From positions 1 through 61,719 of IMG/VR virus record IMGVR_UViG_3300030389_002537: DNA of 61,719 bases. One strand, given 5' to 3'. The position numbers and the translations under genes were made by a program. Below are positions 50,581 through 59,332 of the stretch, in pieces. Position 1 is the first letter of the stretch. Each line of letters begins with the position of its first letter. The stretch is from a virus (Duplodnaviria > Caudoviricetes). Below the pieces are notes generated by a model, which was given only the letters and a program-made list of their open reading frames with translations, searched no databases and was not told the origin of the DNA.

Positions 50581-51653
50581 TGACAAAGAAAAAAGATTTA
50601 ACTGTATTTGTCTATGCCTTGATCATGATCGTGGCCTTTATATTAGGCACCACTCTTGAAGCAAAAGGACAAACTCTAAAGAAAACATTTAAGTATGCTA
50701 CATTCTATACTGCTTTTAGTGGTGGTAACTCTGTGGCTGACGACAACATCTATTCCGTGACGAATGGTTTACAGACTGATATTGTTGAAACTCCTTTTGA
50801 TTATTCTATTACAGCTGGTGTTCGTAAGATCGCTAGATTTGGATACGAAAACAGGGCTAATGTTTTTTATGACGGTACAGAAAAATCTTACAGTGATGCA
50901 GCAAACATCGGTAAAGTAAAAGGTTTTGAGTTTTTGTTTGAGGCTGACTGGCGTAGACAACAAGGTAGAAACTTTTTAGATCAAGACTATTTCTTACGAT
51001 ATGTAGCAAAAAATTGGATAGCTAAGGTTGAATACCTGCAGGATGGTTTTGCAGATGTACAATACTTCGAGGGGTCTCAGCGATTAAGACTTAACATAAA
51101 CGACCGCCTCAGTTTTAACATTGGTGTTGCTCAACGTATATCAGAACCTTACGGCTATGATGCTTTAGAAGAGTGGGTGTTGTTAAACAACAATATACAC
51201 TACACAAGCCTCGCTCTACAAGAAGGGTATACCGTAGACGTACAAGGTGGTGAATACTTTGCTCCAGATGGCACGCTCGTAGCTAACAGTGTTGATGTTT
51301 GGGAGCAAGTTATTATACCTCAAGTTATTGACGACTACGTAGCTAGGAAGAGAAGTGAGCTTCCTAATGTTTGGAACTATTCTTTAGTAGTTGGGTATGA
51401 TTACTATAAGTATTCTAAAGAGTTTTGGGTGCATAGTTGGGCTAGTGTGATGCCGTACCACCTTAAGACTGACGATGAGTTTTCTTACTTCGAAACCACT
51501 GAAGGGGGGCAATGGATAGATTACGGTGCAGGCCTTATCTTTGGGTGGAGATTAAACAAGAGTCTTGGTGTATTCTTAGAGGGTAAATACAATAAGTATT
51601 GGAATCGAGAATGGCACGATTTCTCTGTCGGACTAAACTATGTGATATTGTAA
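50580..51653 (+). CDS. Putative outer-membrane beta-barrel protein
   Basis: Signal peptide; aromatic-rich amphipathic strands; C-terminal DFSVGLNYVIL. Confidence 0.65.
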   Translation: MTKKKDLTVFVYALIMIVAFILGTTLEAKGQTLKKTFKYATFYTAFSGGNSVADDNIYSVTNGLQTDIVETPFDYSITAGVRKIARFGYENRANVFYDGTEKSYSDAANIGKVKGFEFLFEADWRRQQGRNFLDQDYFLRYVAKNWIAKVEYLQDGFADVQYFEGSQRLRLNINDRLSFNIGVAQRISEPYGYDALEEWVLLNNNIHYTSLALQEGYTVDVQGGEYFAPDGTLVANSVDVWEQVIIPQVIDDYVARKRSELPNVWNYSLVVGYDYYKYSKEFWVHSWASVMPYHLKTDDEFSYFETTEGGQWIDYGAGLIFGWRLNKSLGVFLEGKYNKYWNREWHDFSVGLNYVIL

Positions 51654-51937
51654 TGGCTAAACAAATTGGAGAAGATACTAAAGTAACACTAGACCTAAAA
51701 ACAATAGGGATGGGTATAGCAGGGCTAGCAGCCCTTATTGGGATGTGGTTTGCTCTTCAAGCAGACATCGCTTTAGCCATGGAGTTACCAGAGCCAGCAG
51801 ATCCAGAGATTACACGCATGGAGTTTGATATGAAGGACCAGCTAGTACGTCAAACAATTATGACAACTCAAGAAGATGTGTCAGAGCTGAAAGAGGACCT
51901 GGACCGCATCGAAGAAAAAATAGATAAACTACAATGA
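51653..51937 (+). CDS. Single-pass membrane protein with C-terminal coiled coil
   Basis: ATG 51653 (TAATG overlap); TM IGMGIAGLAALIGMWFAL; heptad repeats VSELKEDLDRIEEKIDKL. Confidence 0.7.
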   Translation: MAKQIGEDTKVTLDLKTIGMGIAGLAALIGMWFALQADIALAMELPEPADPEITRMEFDMKDQLVRQTIMTTQEDVSELKEDLDRIEEKIDKLQ

Positions 51938-52272
51938 ATAACTTAATCTACATATGTTTGTTTGCAATTACATCTCTTAGTATGGGTATACCAGATTCAG
52001 GAGTATGTGTTGTTGAGTTTAACGCTAGTTTTAACTCTGCTAACAGTGTAGGTTGGATTGATGAGCTTAGCGACTGTAAAGGCAAGAGGGTAGATATAGC
52101 TGCTGAGCCAGAGCTACAAAAAGAACATAAAATTGTGGTAGTGCCAACTGTAATTATATTTAATGAAGGAGAAGAAGTAAAACGATTTCAAGGCAACATT
52201 ATGATGCAACTTGAGGCAACTCAAGATGAAGTGCAAGAGGCGGTCGATGAAATTATAATGAGTGACTTCTAA
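51934..52272 (+). CDS. Exported thioredoxin-fold protein lacking CXXC
   Basis: Signal-like N-terminus; VVEFNASFN, VDI, IVVVPTVIIFNEGEEVKRFQG. Confidence 0.65.
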   Translation: MNNLIYICLFAITSLSMGIPDSGVCVVEFNASFNSANSVGWIDELSDCKGKRVDIAAEPELQKEHKIVVVPTVIIFNEGEEVKRFQGNIMMQLEATQDEVQEAVDEIIMSDF

Positions 52273-52598
52273 TGAAGGTTTGCAAGCATGGATGTAAGAG
52301 TATGCGCAAGGGCGGTAAGATGCCCAAAAAGTTTTCTGTAAAAAGTGGAGACAAGTCTCCTTCTGGCGGATTAACAGCAAAAGGTGTTAGGCGTTATCGT
52401 GCTGCAAATCCAGGGAGCAAATTAAAGACAGCTGTTACAACAAAACCGTCAAAACTAAAGAAGGGTAGTAAGGCGGCTAAACGTAGAAAATCTTTCTGCG
52501 CAAGAATGAGTGGAATGAAGAAAAGGTTAACCAGTGCTAAGACAGCTAGAGATCCAAACTCTAGAATAAATAAAGCGCTTAGAAAATGGAATTGTTAA
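52272..52598 (+). CDS. Small basic phage protein
   Basis: GGLTAKG..NPGSKLKTAV..RRKSFCARM..ALRKWNC motif. Confidence 0.7.
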   Translation: MKVCKHGCKSMRKGGKMPKKFSVKSGDKSPSGGLTAKGVRRYRAANPGSKLKTAVTTKPSKLKKGSKAAKRRKSFCARMSGMKKRLTSAKTARDPNSRINKALRKWNC

Positions 52599-52599
52599 T

Positions 52600-52779
52600 A
52601 TGAAGGCCGTAAAGAAAAAATTAAAGATATCTAACAAAAAGGTATCTGTAGACCCACCAAAAGGTTATCACTGGATGGAGGAGTCTGGTAGATATTACCT
52701 TATGAAAGGAGATTATGCACCGCATCCTGGTGCGGTAGAAAAAGCACAGTTTAAATTATCTAATCATGCCAAGAGTTAA
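52600..52779 (+). CDS. 59-aa basic protein (not in ORF track)
   Basis: MKAVKKKLK...PPKGYHWM... Confidence 0.6.
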   Translation: MKAVKKKLKISNKKVSVDPPKGYHWMEESGRYYLMKGDYAPHPGAVEKAQFKLSNHAKS

Positions 52780-52948
52780 GAAGGTAAAGAAAAAGAAAAT
52801 ACGCTATAAAAAAGGCGGTACGGTAAAGGACGCTTGTTACCACAAGGTAAAGCGTGGCGAGAAAGTATTTCCAAGTGCATACGCTAGCGGAAGAATAGCT
52901 AAGTGTAGAAAAATGGGGGCTGCCAATTACGGGAAGAGTAAAAAATAA
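52766..52948 (+). CDS. Small basic phage protein
   Basis: DACYHKVK..FPSAYASG..KCRK motif. Confidence 0.65.
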   Translation: MPRVKKVKKKKIRYKKGGTVKDACYHKVKRGEKVFPSAYASGRIAKCRKMGAANYGKSKK

Positions 52949-53199
52949 TGGCGGTACGCAAAACAGCAAAAGGGTTAGCGCTAAAGCGCTGGTTCAAAGA
53001 AAAGTGGAGAACCCCTAGAGGAAAGAAGGGGTATAGTGGAAAGGATAGAACCTTCCGCCCTACTGTTCGCGTGTCATCAAAAACCCCAGCCACATGGTCA
53101 GAACTAACGCCACATGAAAAAGCAAGGGCTGCTAAAGAAAAGCGTACAAAAGGCAGGGTGTCTAGATACAAAATCGTCAAAAAAAAGAAACGTAAATAA
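52948..53199 (+). CDS. Small basic phage protein
   Basis: LKRWFKEKW..RPTVRVSSKTP motif. Confidence 0.65.
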   Translation: MAVRKTAKGLALKRWFKEKWRTPRGKKGYSGKDRTFRPTVRVSSKTPATWSELTPHEKARAAKEKRTKGRVSRYKIVKKKKRK

Positions 53200-53203
53200 T
53201 AAC

Positions 53204-53211
53204 TATATTTG
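53204..53211 (+). promoter_or_regulatory. -7 element TATATTTG upstream of the head operon
   Basis: Intergenic consensus match. Confidence 0.65.
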
Positions 53212-53229
53212 CATAAATAACTATTAATT

Positions 53230-53625
53230 ATGGCAACAACAACCGCAACATTAACATTATCGAGCGCAGACTTAACAGGTGACGCTCTATCGTTGTCTAC
53301 AACGGCAACACTAACTAAAGCTGGTACAGTAACTGGATTAGATCAATTTACTGGAATAGCTAGAAAAACATTTTCGTCTACATCTCAGGTAACACTTATT
53401 GCTAAAGCTGATTACACTGATGACAGAGCACATAAAGTGTACTTAAAAAATACTAGCACTGTAGCTACAGAAAATCTCATTGTAACTATTGAGTCTCAGC
53501 TTCTTGGAAGGCTTTACGCTGGTGATTGGGCTTTACTCCCATTTAACGGAGATCAAGATATTAAAATTACTCCTAGCGTTGCCACAGCAATGACTGTTGA
53601 GTATGCTGTAATTTACGAAGCATAA
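53230..53625 (+). CDS. Putative structural / decoration protein
   Basis: 131 aa, beta-rich; paralog-like to the next gene. Confidence 0.6.
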   Translation: MATTTATLTLSSADLTGDALSLSTTATLTKAGTVTGLDQFTGIARKTFSSTSQVTLIAKADYTDDRAHKVYLKNTSTVATENLIVTIESQLLGRLYAGDWALLPFNGDQDIKITPSVATAMTVEYAVIYEA

Positions 53626-54044
53626 TGGGTTTACTCCGAGGCGCACTTACATTAACAAGTTCGGATGTGTTAAGCATCCCAATTAACCTTAACGTCGATG
53701 CATCATTTAGTGCAGATGGTGGGTCTATTGGTCGTGCCAAGGTTTTACAAACAGGCGTGCATAACAACGCTTTAGACCTGTATGTTGCAAACGACAAGCT
53801 AATTACGGCTTATCTATATGCTAAGAATCTAGAGACTGAGAAAGAAAACTTTATGTATATCTACAATAACGCTGGCTCAAACGATGTTGTTGCTAAGTTA
53901 GGCGGTGGTGAGTTTTGTTTTATCCCTGTTGCGGCGGATCAAAACTTAAAGTGTTACGGCACAAGAGTAGATAGTATTATTGAATTTGCTGTATTTGGAC
54001 TAGATAGCTCAGCGGCAGGACCATTCATCGGATCAGGAGACTAA
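53625..54044 (+). CDS. Putative structural / decoration protein
   Basis: 139 aa; LTLTSSD, YAKNL and LGGGEFCFIP align with the previous gene. Confidence 0.6.
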   Translation: MGLLRGALTLTSSDVLSIPINLNVDASFSADGGSIGRAKVLQTGVHNNALDLYVANDKLITAYLYAKNLETEKENFMYIYNNAGSNDVVAKLGGGEFCFIPVAADQNLKCYGTRVDSIIEFAVFGLDSSAAGPFIGSGD

Positions 54045-54057
54045 TAAAAATAAAGAT

Positions 54058-54435
54058 ATGAACGCACACAATCAACTACCAACTAATATATATGCTATAA
54101 GCGCAACAACAACTGACGTAAGCGCTACTCCAGTAAGGGGTAAGTTTTTTGCAATTACATGCTCAGTTGCTGGAACAGTTAAGGTAAAGGGTGCTGATAT
54201 ATTTCAGTATGTAGATGTAAGCGATTCTTCTAGTGTTCACACTGGATTTATAGATCAGGGAACGGGCGCTGCTTTTGCTGACGATGCTACTATGAACTCT
54301 GCTGGCGATGGGTTTTTTGAAACCTTAAGCACTAGCGAGGTTGACCTTGTTATGATTGCTGGTCAGACTATATACGGAAGATTCGATAGCGTAAAGAGTG
54401 ATGGAACATTCACTGGATTTGCGTATGCTGGATAA
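54058..54435 (+). CDS. Putative structural protein
   Basis: 125 aa; AGQTIYGRF motif. Confidence 0.55.
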   Translation: MNAHNQLPTNIYAISATTTDVSATPVRGKFFAITCSVAGTVKVKGADIFQYVDVSDSSSVHTGFIDQGTGAAFADDATMNSAGDGFFETLSTSEVDLVMIAGQTIYGRFDSVKSDGTFTGFAYAG

Positions 54436-54456
54436 TAAAATAATAATTAAAATATA

Positions 54457-55560
54457 ATGGAAAACGCTTCAATAGAAAAAATGGAGATCATGGATACTCC
54501 TGAGCAGCTTGCTGCCTCAATGCAACAAGAACCAACCCCAACAACACAAGAGGCTCCTCAACAGGAGTCTCAACCAGTTGAACAGGTTAATACACCAGAG
54601 GTAACGCCAGAGCCGACACAACAGGCTCAAACGGCACCGCCTCCAACACAAGAAACAACTGCACAACCAGAAACGGTTGAGCAACTACAATACTCAGACG
54701 ATCAGATAGAGACGGCTGTCCTTGACTACATGAGCGAAAGGCTTGGTACGGACATTAATTCTTTTGATGATTTTTATGGGGATGAGCAGGAGCAATCACC
54801 TCTTGACGAGAGAGTTGCGGCGATAGCAGAATTTGTCGAAACGACAGGTAGATCGCCACAAGATTGGTTTAAGTATCAGTCATTAAATCCGTCCGAAATG
54901 AACGATTTAACAGCCGTAAAGGTTGACATGGCTGCAAAGTACCCAAACCTATCAAGCGAAGAAGTAAACTTACTCGTAAAGAATCAGTACAAGTTTGACA
55001 CCGAAACACACGGTGCTGAGCAGGTACAACTATCGCAACTGCAACTTAAAATAGATGCTGAGAATGCACGTAAAAACATTTCGGAGATTCGTGAAAAATA
55101 CAAAGCTCCAAATGTGCAGGCTCCAGCAGATTCATTTATTACCGACGACTGGGTTAACGAAATGACTGACGAGGTTAACGATTTGACTGGATTGCAATTC
55201 GATCTAGGCAATGACAAAACCTTTACGTTTACGATTGACGATAACTACAAGTCTGAGTTAATAGATAAAAATACAAGATTAGAGGAATACTTTGATCCAT
55301 TTGTGCGCCAGGATGGTACATGGGACTTTGATGCACTCTCATCGCATAGAGCCGTTGTTGACAACATCGACCAAATCGTAAGCGCAGCTTACAGACAAGG
55401 TGTAGGTGATGGTCAGAAAGGCTTAGTTGAGAAAGCAGCCAATGTATCAACCGCTTCTCCACAACAGGGTACAAACTCGACACCGAGTGCAAATCCACTG
55501 GCGGAGCAGGTGAAGCAGATTATGAGTCAAAATTCTTCTAAGATGACTTTTAAACTATAA
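54457..55560 (+). CDS. Putative capsid scaffolding protein
   Basis: Acidic, with a Q/E/P/T low-complexity N-terminus; immediately upstream of the major capsid gene. Confidence 0.6.
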   Translation: MENASIEKMEIMDTPEQLAASMQQEPTPTTQEAPQQESQPVEQVNTPEVTPEPTQQAQTAPPPTQETTAQPETVEQLQYSDDQIETAVLDYMSERLGTDINSFDDFYGDEQEQSPLDERVAAIAEFVETTGRSPQDWFKYQSLNPSEMNDLTAVKVDMAAKYPNLSSEEVNLLVKNQYKFDTETHGAEQVQLSQLQLKIDAENARKNISEIREKYKAPNVQAPADSFITDDWVNEMTDEVNDLTGLQFDLGNDKTFTFTIDDNYKSELIDKNTRLEEYFDPFVRQDGTWDFDALSSHRAVVDNIDQIVSAAYRQGVGDGQKGLVEKAANVSTASPQQGTNSTPSANPLAEQVKQIMSQNSSKMTFKL

Positions 55561-55575
55561 AAATTATAAGAAAAA

Positions 55576-57009
55576 ATGGCTACTATACCAAGTACAACTG
55601 TTGATATAGCAGGACATGAGATCTTAACGAGCCCGCAAAAATATGCGGCTATCGGTGATCTTTTGAACGCTGCTGCATCAGGAGTTAATGAAGTCGGTAA
55701 ACCCGACGTAAGTGATATGCTGGTTGAAACATACGGAGACCAAGGTATCACTGGATTTTTAAAGATGACAGGAGCAATCACTGCTGCTGGATCTTCTGAC
55801 CAAGTAGAATTCTACGAAGTTGGTCGTCGTCACAAAGTGTTAGCTTACGGAAGCAACATTAACATTGCTTCTAACGAAATTAACCTGCCTCAAGCAGACT
55901 TAACATACGTTACAGGAGCATCAGGCGCTGTATCAACTCCAACAGGAGCTGTACTAGAGGCTGGTGATATCGTAATGGATAAAGTTACAGGTGTACGTTT
56001 AATCCTTAAGGACTTTAATACTACAGCTGCTAACGACTACACATTCATTCGTTTAGATGGTGAAAACGCTTCAGGTACTAATGAAGTTGACACATCTTCT
56101 GGTGGTGAGTTTATCCACATCGGTAACATGTTCGCTCAGGGAACTGATCAACCTACAAACTTTATCCAACCAGATGTTATCCGTAGAATCAATTCTTACG
56201 CTATTGTAAAGGATCGTTTCGAGGTTGCTGGATCTCAAGCTACAAACGTAGGGTATGTAAACATTGGAAACGGTGACTACCGTTGGTTTATGTACGGAGA
56301 GATGGAAGCACGTAAGCGCTTTATGGACCGTCGTGAGATGACTCTTCTATTCGGTGAGTTAAACGATGGATCTAATGACTTTGGTGGTGCAGGATCTGAG
56401 GGTTACATTACAGCTCTTGAGTCTCGTGGTATCCAAATCACAAATGCTAACTCTAACCCAATGGATAGCTTCTCTGAGTTTGATGATCTTATTCTTGAGC
56501 TTGATAAGCAGGGAGCGCCTTCTGAGTACGCTATGTACTTAAACAGAAAGCAGGATCTTGCTATCGATGACATGCTAGCTACTGGTATCGCTACTGGTGT
56601 TACTGCAGGTCTTCCTGGTCAGTTTGGTGCATTCAATAACGATTCTGATATGGCTGTAAAGCTTGGCTTTAAGTCGTTCACTCGTGCTGGATACACATTC
56701 CACAAGCATGACTGGAAGCTTCTTAACGATCCTACTCTTGTTGGTGCTTCTACTAAGTTCCAGGGTGTTATGGTACCTCTTGCTAACGTAGCTGACGCTC
56801 GTTCAGGCATGAAGTCACCAGCTCTTGAGATGAAGTACAAGGCTGCTAACGGGTACTCTCGTGAAATGGAGCACTGGGTAACAGGCGGTGGTGTGTTAGG
56901 TCACACAAACAATGGAGGTACAGGTAAGGACGTTGCTACGTTCCACTACCGTTCTGAAGTTTGTTTATTAACTCGTGCTGCTAACCAACACGTTCTTCTT
57001 AAGGGTTAA
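55576..57009 (+). CDS. Major capsid protein
   Basis: 477 aa; high-expression codon bias (CGT, GGT, TTC, AAC); LGFKSF..YTFHKHDWKLLND and HYRSE motifs. Confidence 0.85.
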   Translation: MATIPSTTVDIAGHEILTSPQKYAAIGDLLNAAASGVNEVGKPDVSDMLVETYGDQGITGFLKMTGAITAAGSSDQVEFYEVGRRHKVLAYGSNINIASNEINLPQADLTYVTGASGAVSTPTGAVLEAGDIVMDKVTGVRLILKDFNTTAANDYTFIRLDGENASGTNEVDTSSGGEFIHIGNMFAQGTDQPTNFIQPDVIRRINSYAIVKDRFEVAGSQATNVGYVNIGNGDYRWFMYGEMEARKRFMDRREMTLLFGELNDGSNDFGGAGSEGYITALESRGIQITNANSNPMDSFSEFDDLILELDKQGAPSEYAMYLNRKQDLAIDDMLATGIATGVTAGLPGQFGAFNNDSDMAVKLGFKSFTRAGYTFHKHDWKLLNDPTLVGASTKFQGVMVPLANVADARSGMKSPALEMKYKAANGYSREMEHWVTGGGVLGHTNNGGTGKDVATFHYRSEVCLLTRAANQHVLLKG

Positions 57010-57044
57010 TCGTTGATTGTCTAACTATTAAAACTTAGGAAAAC

Positions 57045-57518
57045 ATGGCTACATTCAAATACGGACCAGGAGCAGTTACAGCTGCAAAAAGAGTTACAGC
57101 AACAGATGTATTTACTCAAAATGCTGACGGCGCAATCATAGAAGTTACCCAGCCTGCTGGAACAATTCTAAGAGAAGTTATCGTTAGGTTTACAAATACA
57201 TCTACGCATGGATCTTCTAGTCAAGTAGGCTACGAGCTAGGAACCGCTTCAAGTGGTGCTCAGCTCGGAACCAACGTCGACGGATTTCTTGATGCGGGCA
57301 CTTCAATACCTGAAAATACAGTATACTTACTGAATACAGGTACGGGAAATGCTGCTGCTGATTTTCTTTCAGAAAGCGAAGTGGATACAACTCCAGCTGC
57401 TGCAGTAGGATATACAGACGATGAAAGAAGTATATTCTTGACTTTTTTACACAGCGATCACGCTGTTACTGTTAACTCAAATGTTGAGGTAAACTTTGTG
57501 TTTACTCATCTGAACTAA
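57045..57518 (+). CDS. Putative capsid decoration protein
   Basis: 157 aa between the capsid gene and its terminator; QPAGTIL motif. Confidence 0.55.
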   Translation: MATFKYGPGAVTAAKRVTATDVFTQNADGAIIEVTQPAGTILREVIVRFTNTSTHGSSSQVGYELGTASSGAQLGTNVDGFLDAGTSIPENTVYLLNTGTGNAAADFLSESEVDTTPAAAVGYTDDERSIFLTFLHSDHAVTVNSNVEVNFVFTHLN

Positions 57519-57536
57519 TAGTGTACTAACTACAAG

Positions 57537-57559
57537 AAAGGGGCTTCGGCCCCTTTTTT
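57537..57559 (+). terminator. Rho-independent terminator
   Basis: GGGGC-TTCG-GCCCC followed by T6. Confidence 0.9.
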
Positions 57560-57566
57560 ATTTTCG

Positions 57567-57574
57567 TATATTTG
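57567..57574 (+). promoter_or_regulatory. -7 element TATATTTG, 4 nt before ATG
   Basis: TTTTCGTATATTTGTC is identical to the context at 12-27. Confidence 0.75.
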
Positions 57575-57578
57575 TCAT

Positions 57579-57899
57579 ATGCTTAAATACTTGTTTTTTC
57601 AAAACGGTACCGATGACTCCGCTCTAATGCCAGCAGCAGATCTTATTGACATGGAAATAAGCGCCGACGGAACCGATTTGACTGTATCGTTTAGTAGCTT
57701 ATTACAAACTGAAGGTGTAAATTACTCTATAGTGCTTTCTATAACAGAAGATACAGGTAGGCAGGTTATGTCTGAGATTGCTGATGAAATAGCGTTTGGT
57801 GATAACCCATTTATAACAATAGCTGATGAGGCAAATAGCGAGTTTATACATCCTGACATAACAGCTATAGAAACAACATTAGACGGAAGCTTTCAATAA
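57579..57899 (+). CDS. Acidic structural protein (stand-alone shared domain)
   Basis: 106 aa; KYLFF start shared with the ORFs at 57899 and 59333. Confidence 0.6.
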   Translation: MLKYLFFQNGTDDSALMPAADLIDMEISADGTDLTVSFSSLLQTEGVNYSIVLSITEDTGRQVMSEIADEIAFGDNPFITIADEANSEFIHPDITAIETTLDGSFQ

Positions 57900-58735
57900 T
57901 GGCTATTGATTCAAATAAAAAATTCTTATACTTCAACAAAGATTCTACATCTGGTGAAATGGATGAATCTTTATGTTTTCCTGTGTCTAGTTTTATAGGC
58001 GCTGAAACTCAGACCGCTTCTATAATTGACTTATATTTTAAAGGCTCTAAAAGTGTTGACGCAACGCAAGTAAGAGTTACTATAGATACTGGTTTTATCA
58101 ATATAAAGAATTTTTATAAAAAATTAGTTGATCAAATTAACTTTGGTGAACTAGCGTTTATAAAAGTAATGGATTACGCAGAGAGGCATACTCATCTGTC
58201 TGACGTAACTTTTGCAATGGTTGATAATATTGCACCTACATTTACTTTACAAGACAACATTCTTCTTGCGGACTCAATTACTGTTACTAACGATACAGTT
58301 ACAGATTCTTTAAGAGCTACTTCAAGAAATATTCCAGTAACTCATTTATACGGATCATCAGCTGGATCTCATGAAGGAGATATAATATTTCTCGGTAGTA
58401 CATCTACAACTGCAGGTAAATTATACCACTATAAATCAGATGGCACATGGGAGGAGGCTGATGCTGACTCAGCTTCTACATGTGATGGTCTGTTAGCTGT
58501 TGCTTTAGGGCTTAATTCTGCAACACATGGTATGCTACTAAGAGGCACGGTTACATTAAATCACGACCCAGGAGCATTAGGCGACGTATTGTTTGTATCT
58601 ACAACAGCTGGCGAGATAACAGCAACTGCTCCTTCTGGTTCTGGGGACATAGTGCGAATTGTTGGGTATTGTTTACACGCAACAGGTGGGCAGATATGGT
58701 TTAACCCAGACGGAGCGTTTGTAGAAGTAGCGTAA
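57899..58735 (+). CDS. Putative fibre / spike protein
   Basis: C-terminal WEEADAD..LAVAL..GDVLFVS..GEITATAPSGSGDIVRIVGY domain. Confidence 0.55.
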   Translation: MAIDSNKKFLYFNKDSTSGEMDESLCFPVSSFIGAETQTASIIDLYFKGSKSVDATQVRVTIDTGFINIKNFYKKLVDQINFGELAFIKVMDYAERHTHLSDVTFAMVDNIAPTFTLQDNILLADSITVTNDTVTDSLRATSRNIPVTHLYGSSAGSHEGDIIFLGSTSTTAGKLYHYKSDGTWEEADADSASTCDGLLAVALGLNSATHGMLLRGTVTLNHDPGALGDVLFVSTTAGEITATAPSGSGDIVRIVGYCLHATGGQIWFNPDGAFVEVA

Positions 58736-59316
58736 TGCCATCAGTATTATTAAGACCAAACGCAGAGATTAGTTCAGGTAACTTTGCTAATGAATCTGGA
58801 AGTGGATTTGATGTTGCTAAAATAAACGATCAAAATAATAGCACGTATGTTTATAACACATCTGCAAACCAAAGTTTTGTAGTTGGATTAGATGATACAA
58901 GTGGTTTAGCTGGGGCTACGTTTGATAATTTTGTTGTTATAGCAGTAATGCAAAAACATGGAGCAAGAGGTGCTGACGCTAGTTTTGAAGTTGATATAGG
59001 TGATAGTTCATCAGCAACAACATTTGGTAGTATATCCGATGCAACATTTGTTACAACAAACTTTAGTCCTACGACTAGAATTGCAACTGCAATAAACTTT
59101 GCGGGTGGCGTTTCTGCTAGTGATGTAGACGATATGAGACTTTCAATTACTGGAACTGACCTCACTCAATTTAGACTTTTTGAATTATCTGTACAGATTA
59201 ATTATACGGCAGCAAGCGGTTATGGACAAAATGTAAATACTGTAGCAGCTGCTAACATAGGTAAGATTAACACAGTAGCCACTGCTAATGTAGGCAAAGT
59301 CAACACGGTTGATTAA
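58735..59316 (+). CDS. Putative structural protein
   Basis: Beta-rich; C-terminal (V/I)NTVAxAN(I/V)GK repeats. Confidence 0.55.
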   Translation: MPSVLLRPNAEISSGNFANESGSGFDVAKINDQNNSTYVYNTSANQSFVVGLDDTSGLAGATFDNFVVIAVMQKHGARGADASFEVDIGDSSSATTFGSISDATFVTTNFSPTTRIATAINFAGGVSASDVDDMRLSITGTDLTQFRLFELSVQINYTAASGYGQNVNTVAAANIGKINTVATANVGKVNTVD

Positions 59317-59320
59317 TTAG

Positions 59321-59328
59321 TATATTTG
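59321..59328 (+). promoter_or_regulatory. -7 element TATATTTG, 4 nt before ATG
   Basis: Consensus match. Confidence 0.7.
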
Positions 59329-59332
59329 CAAC

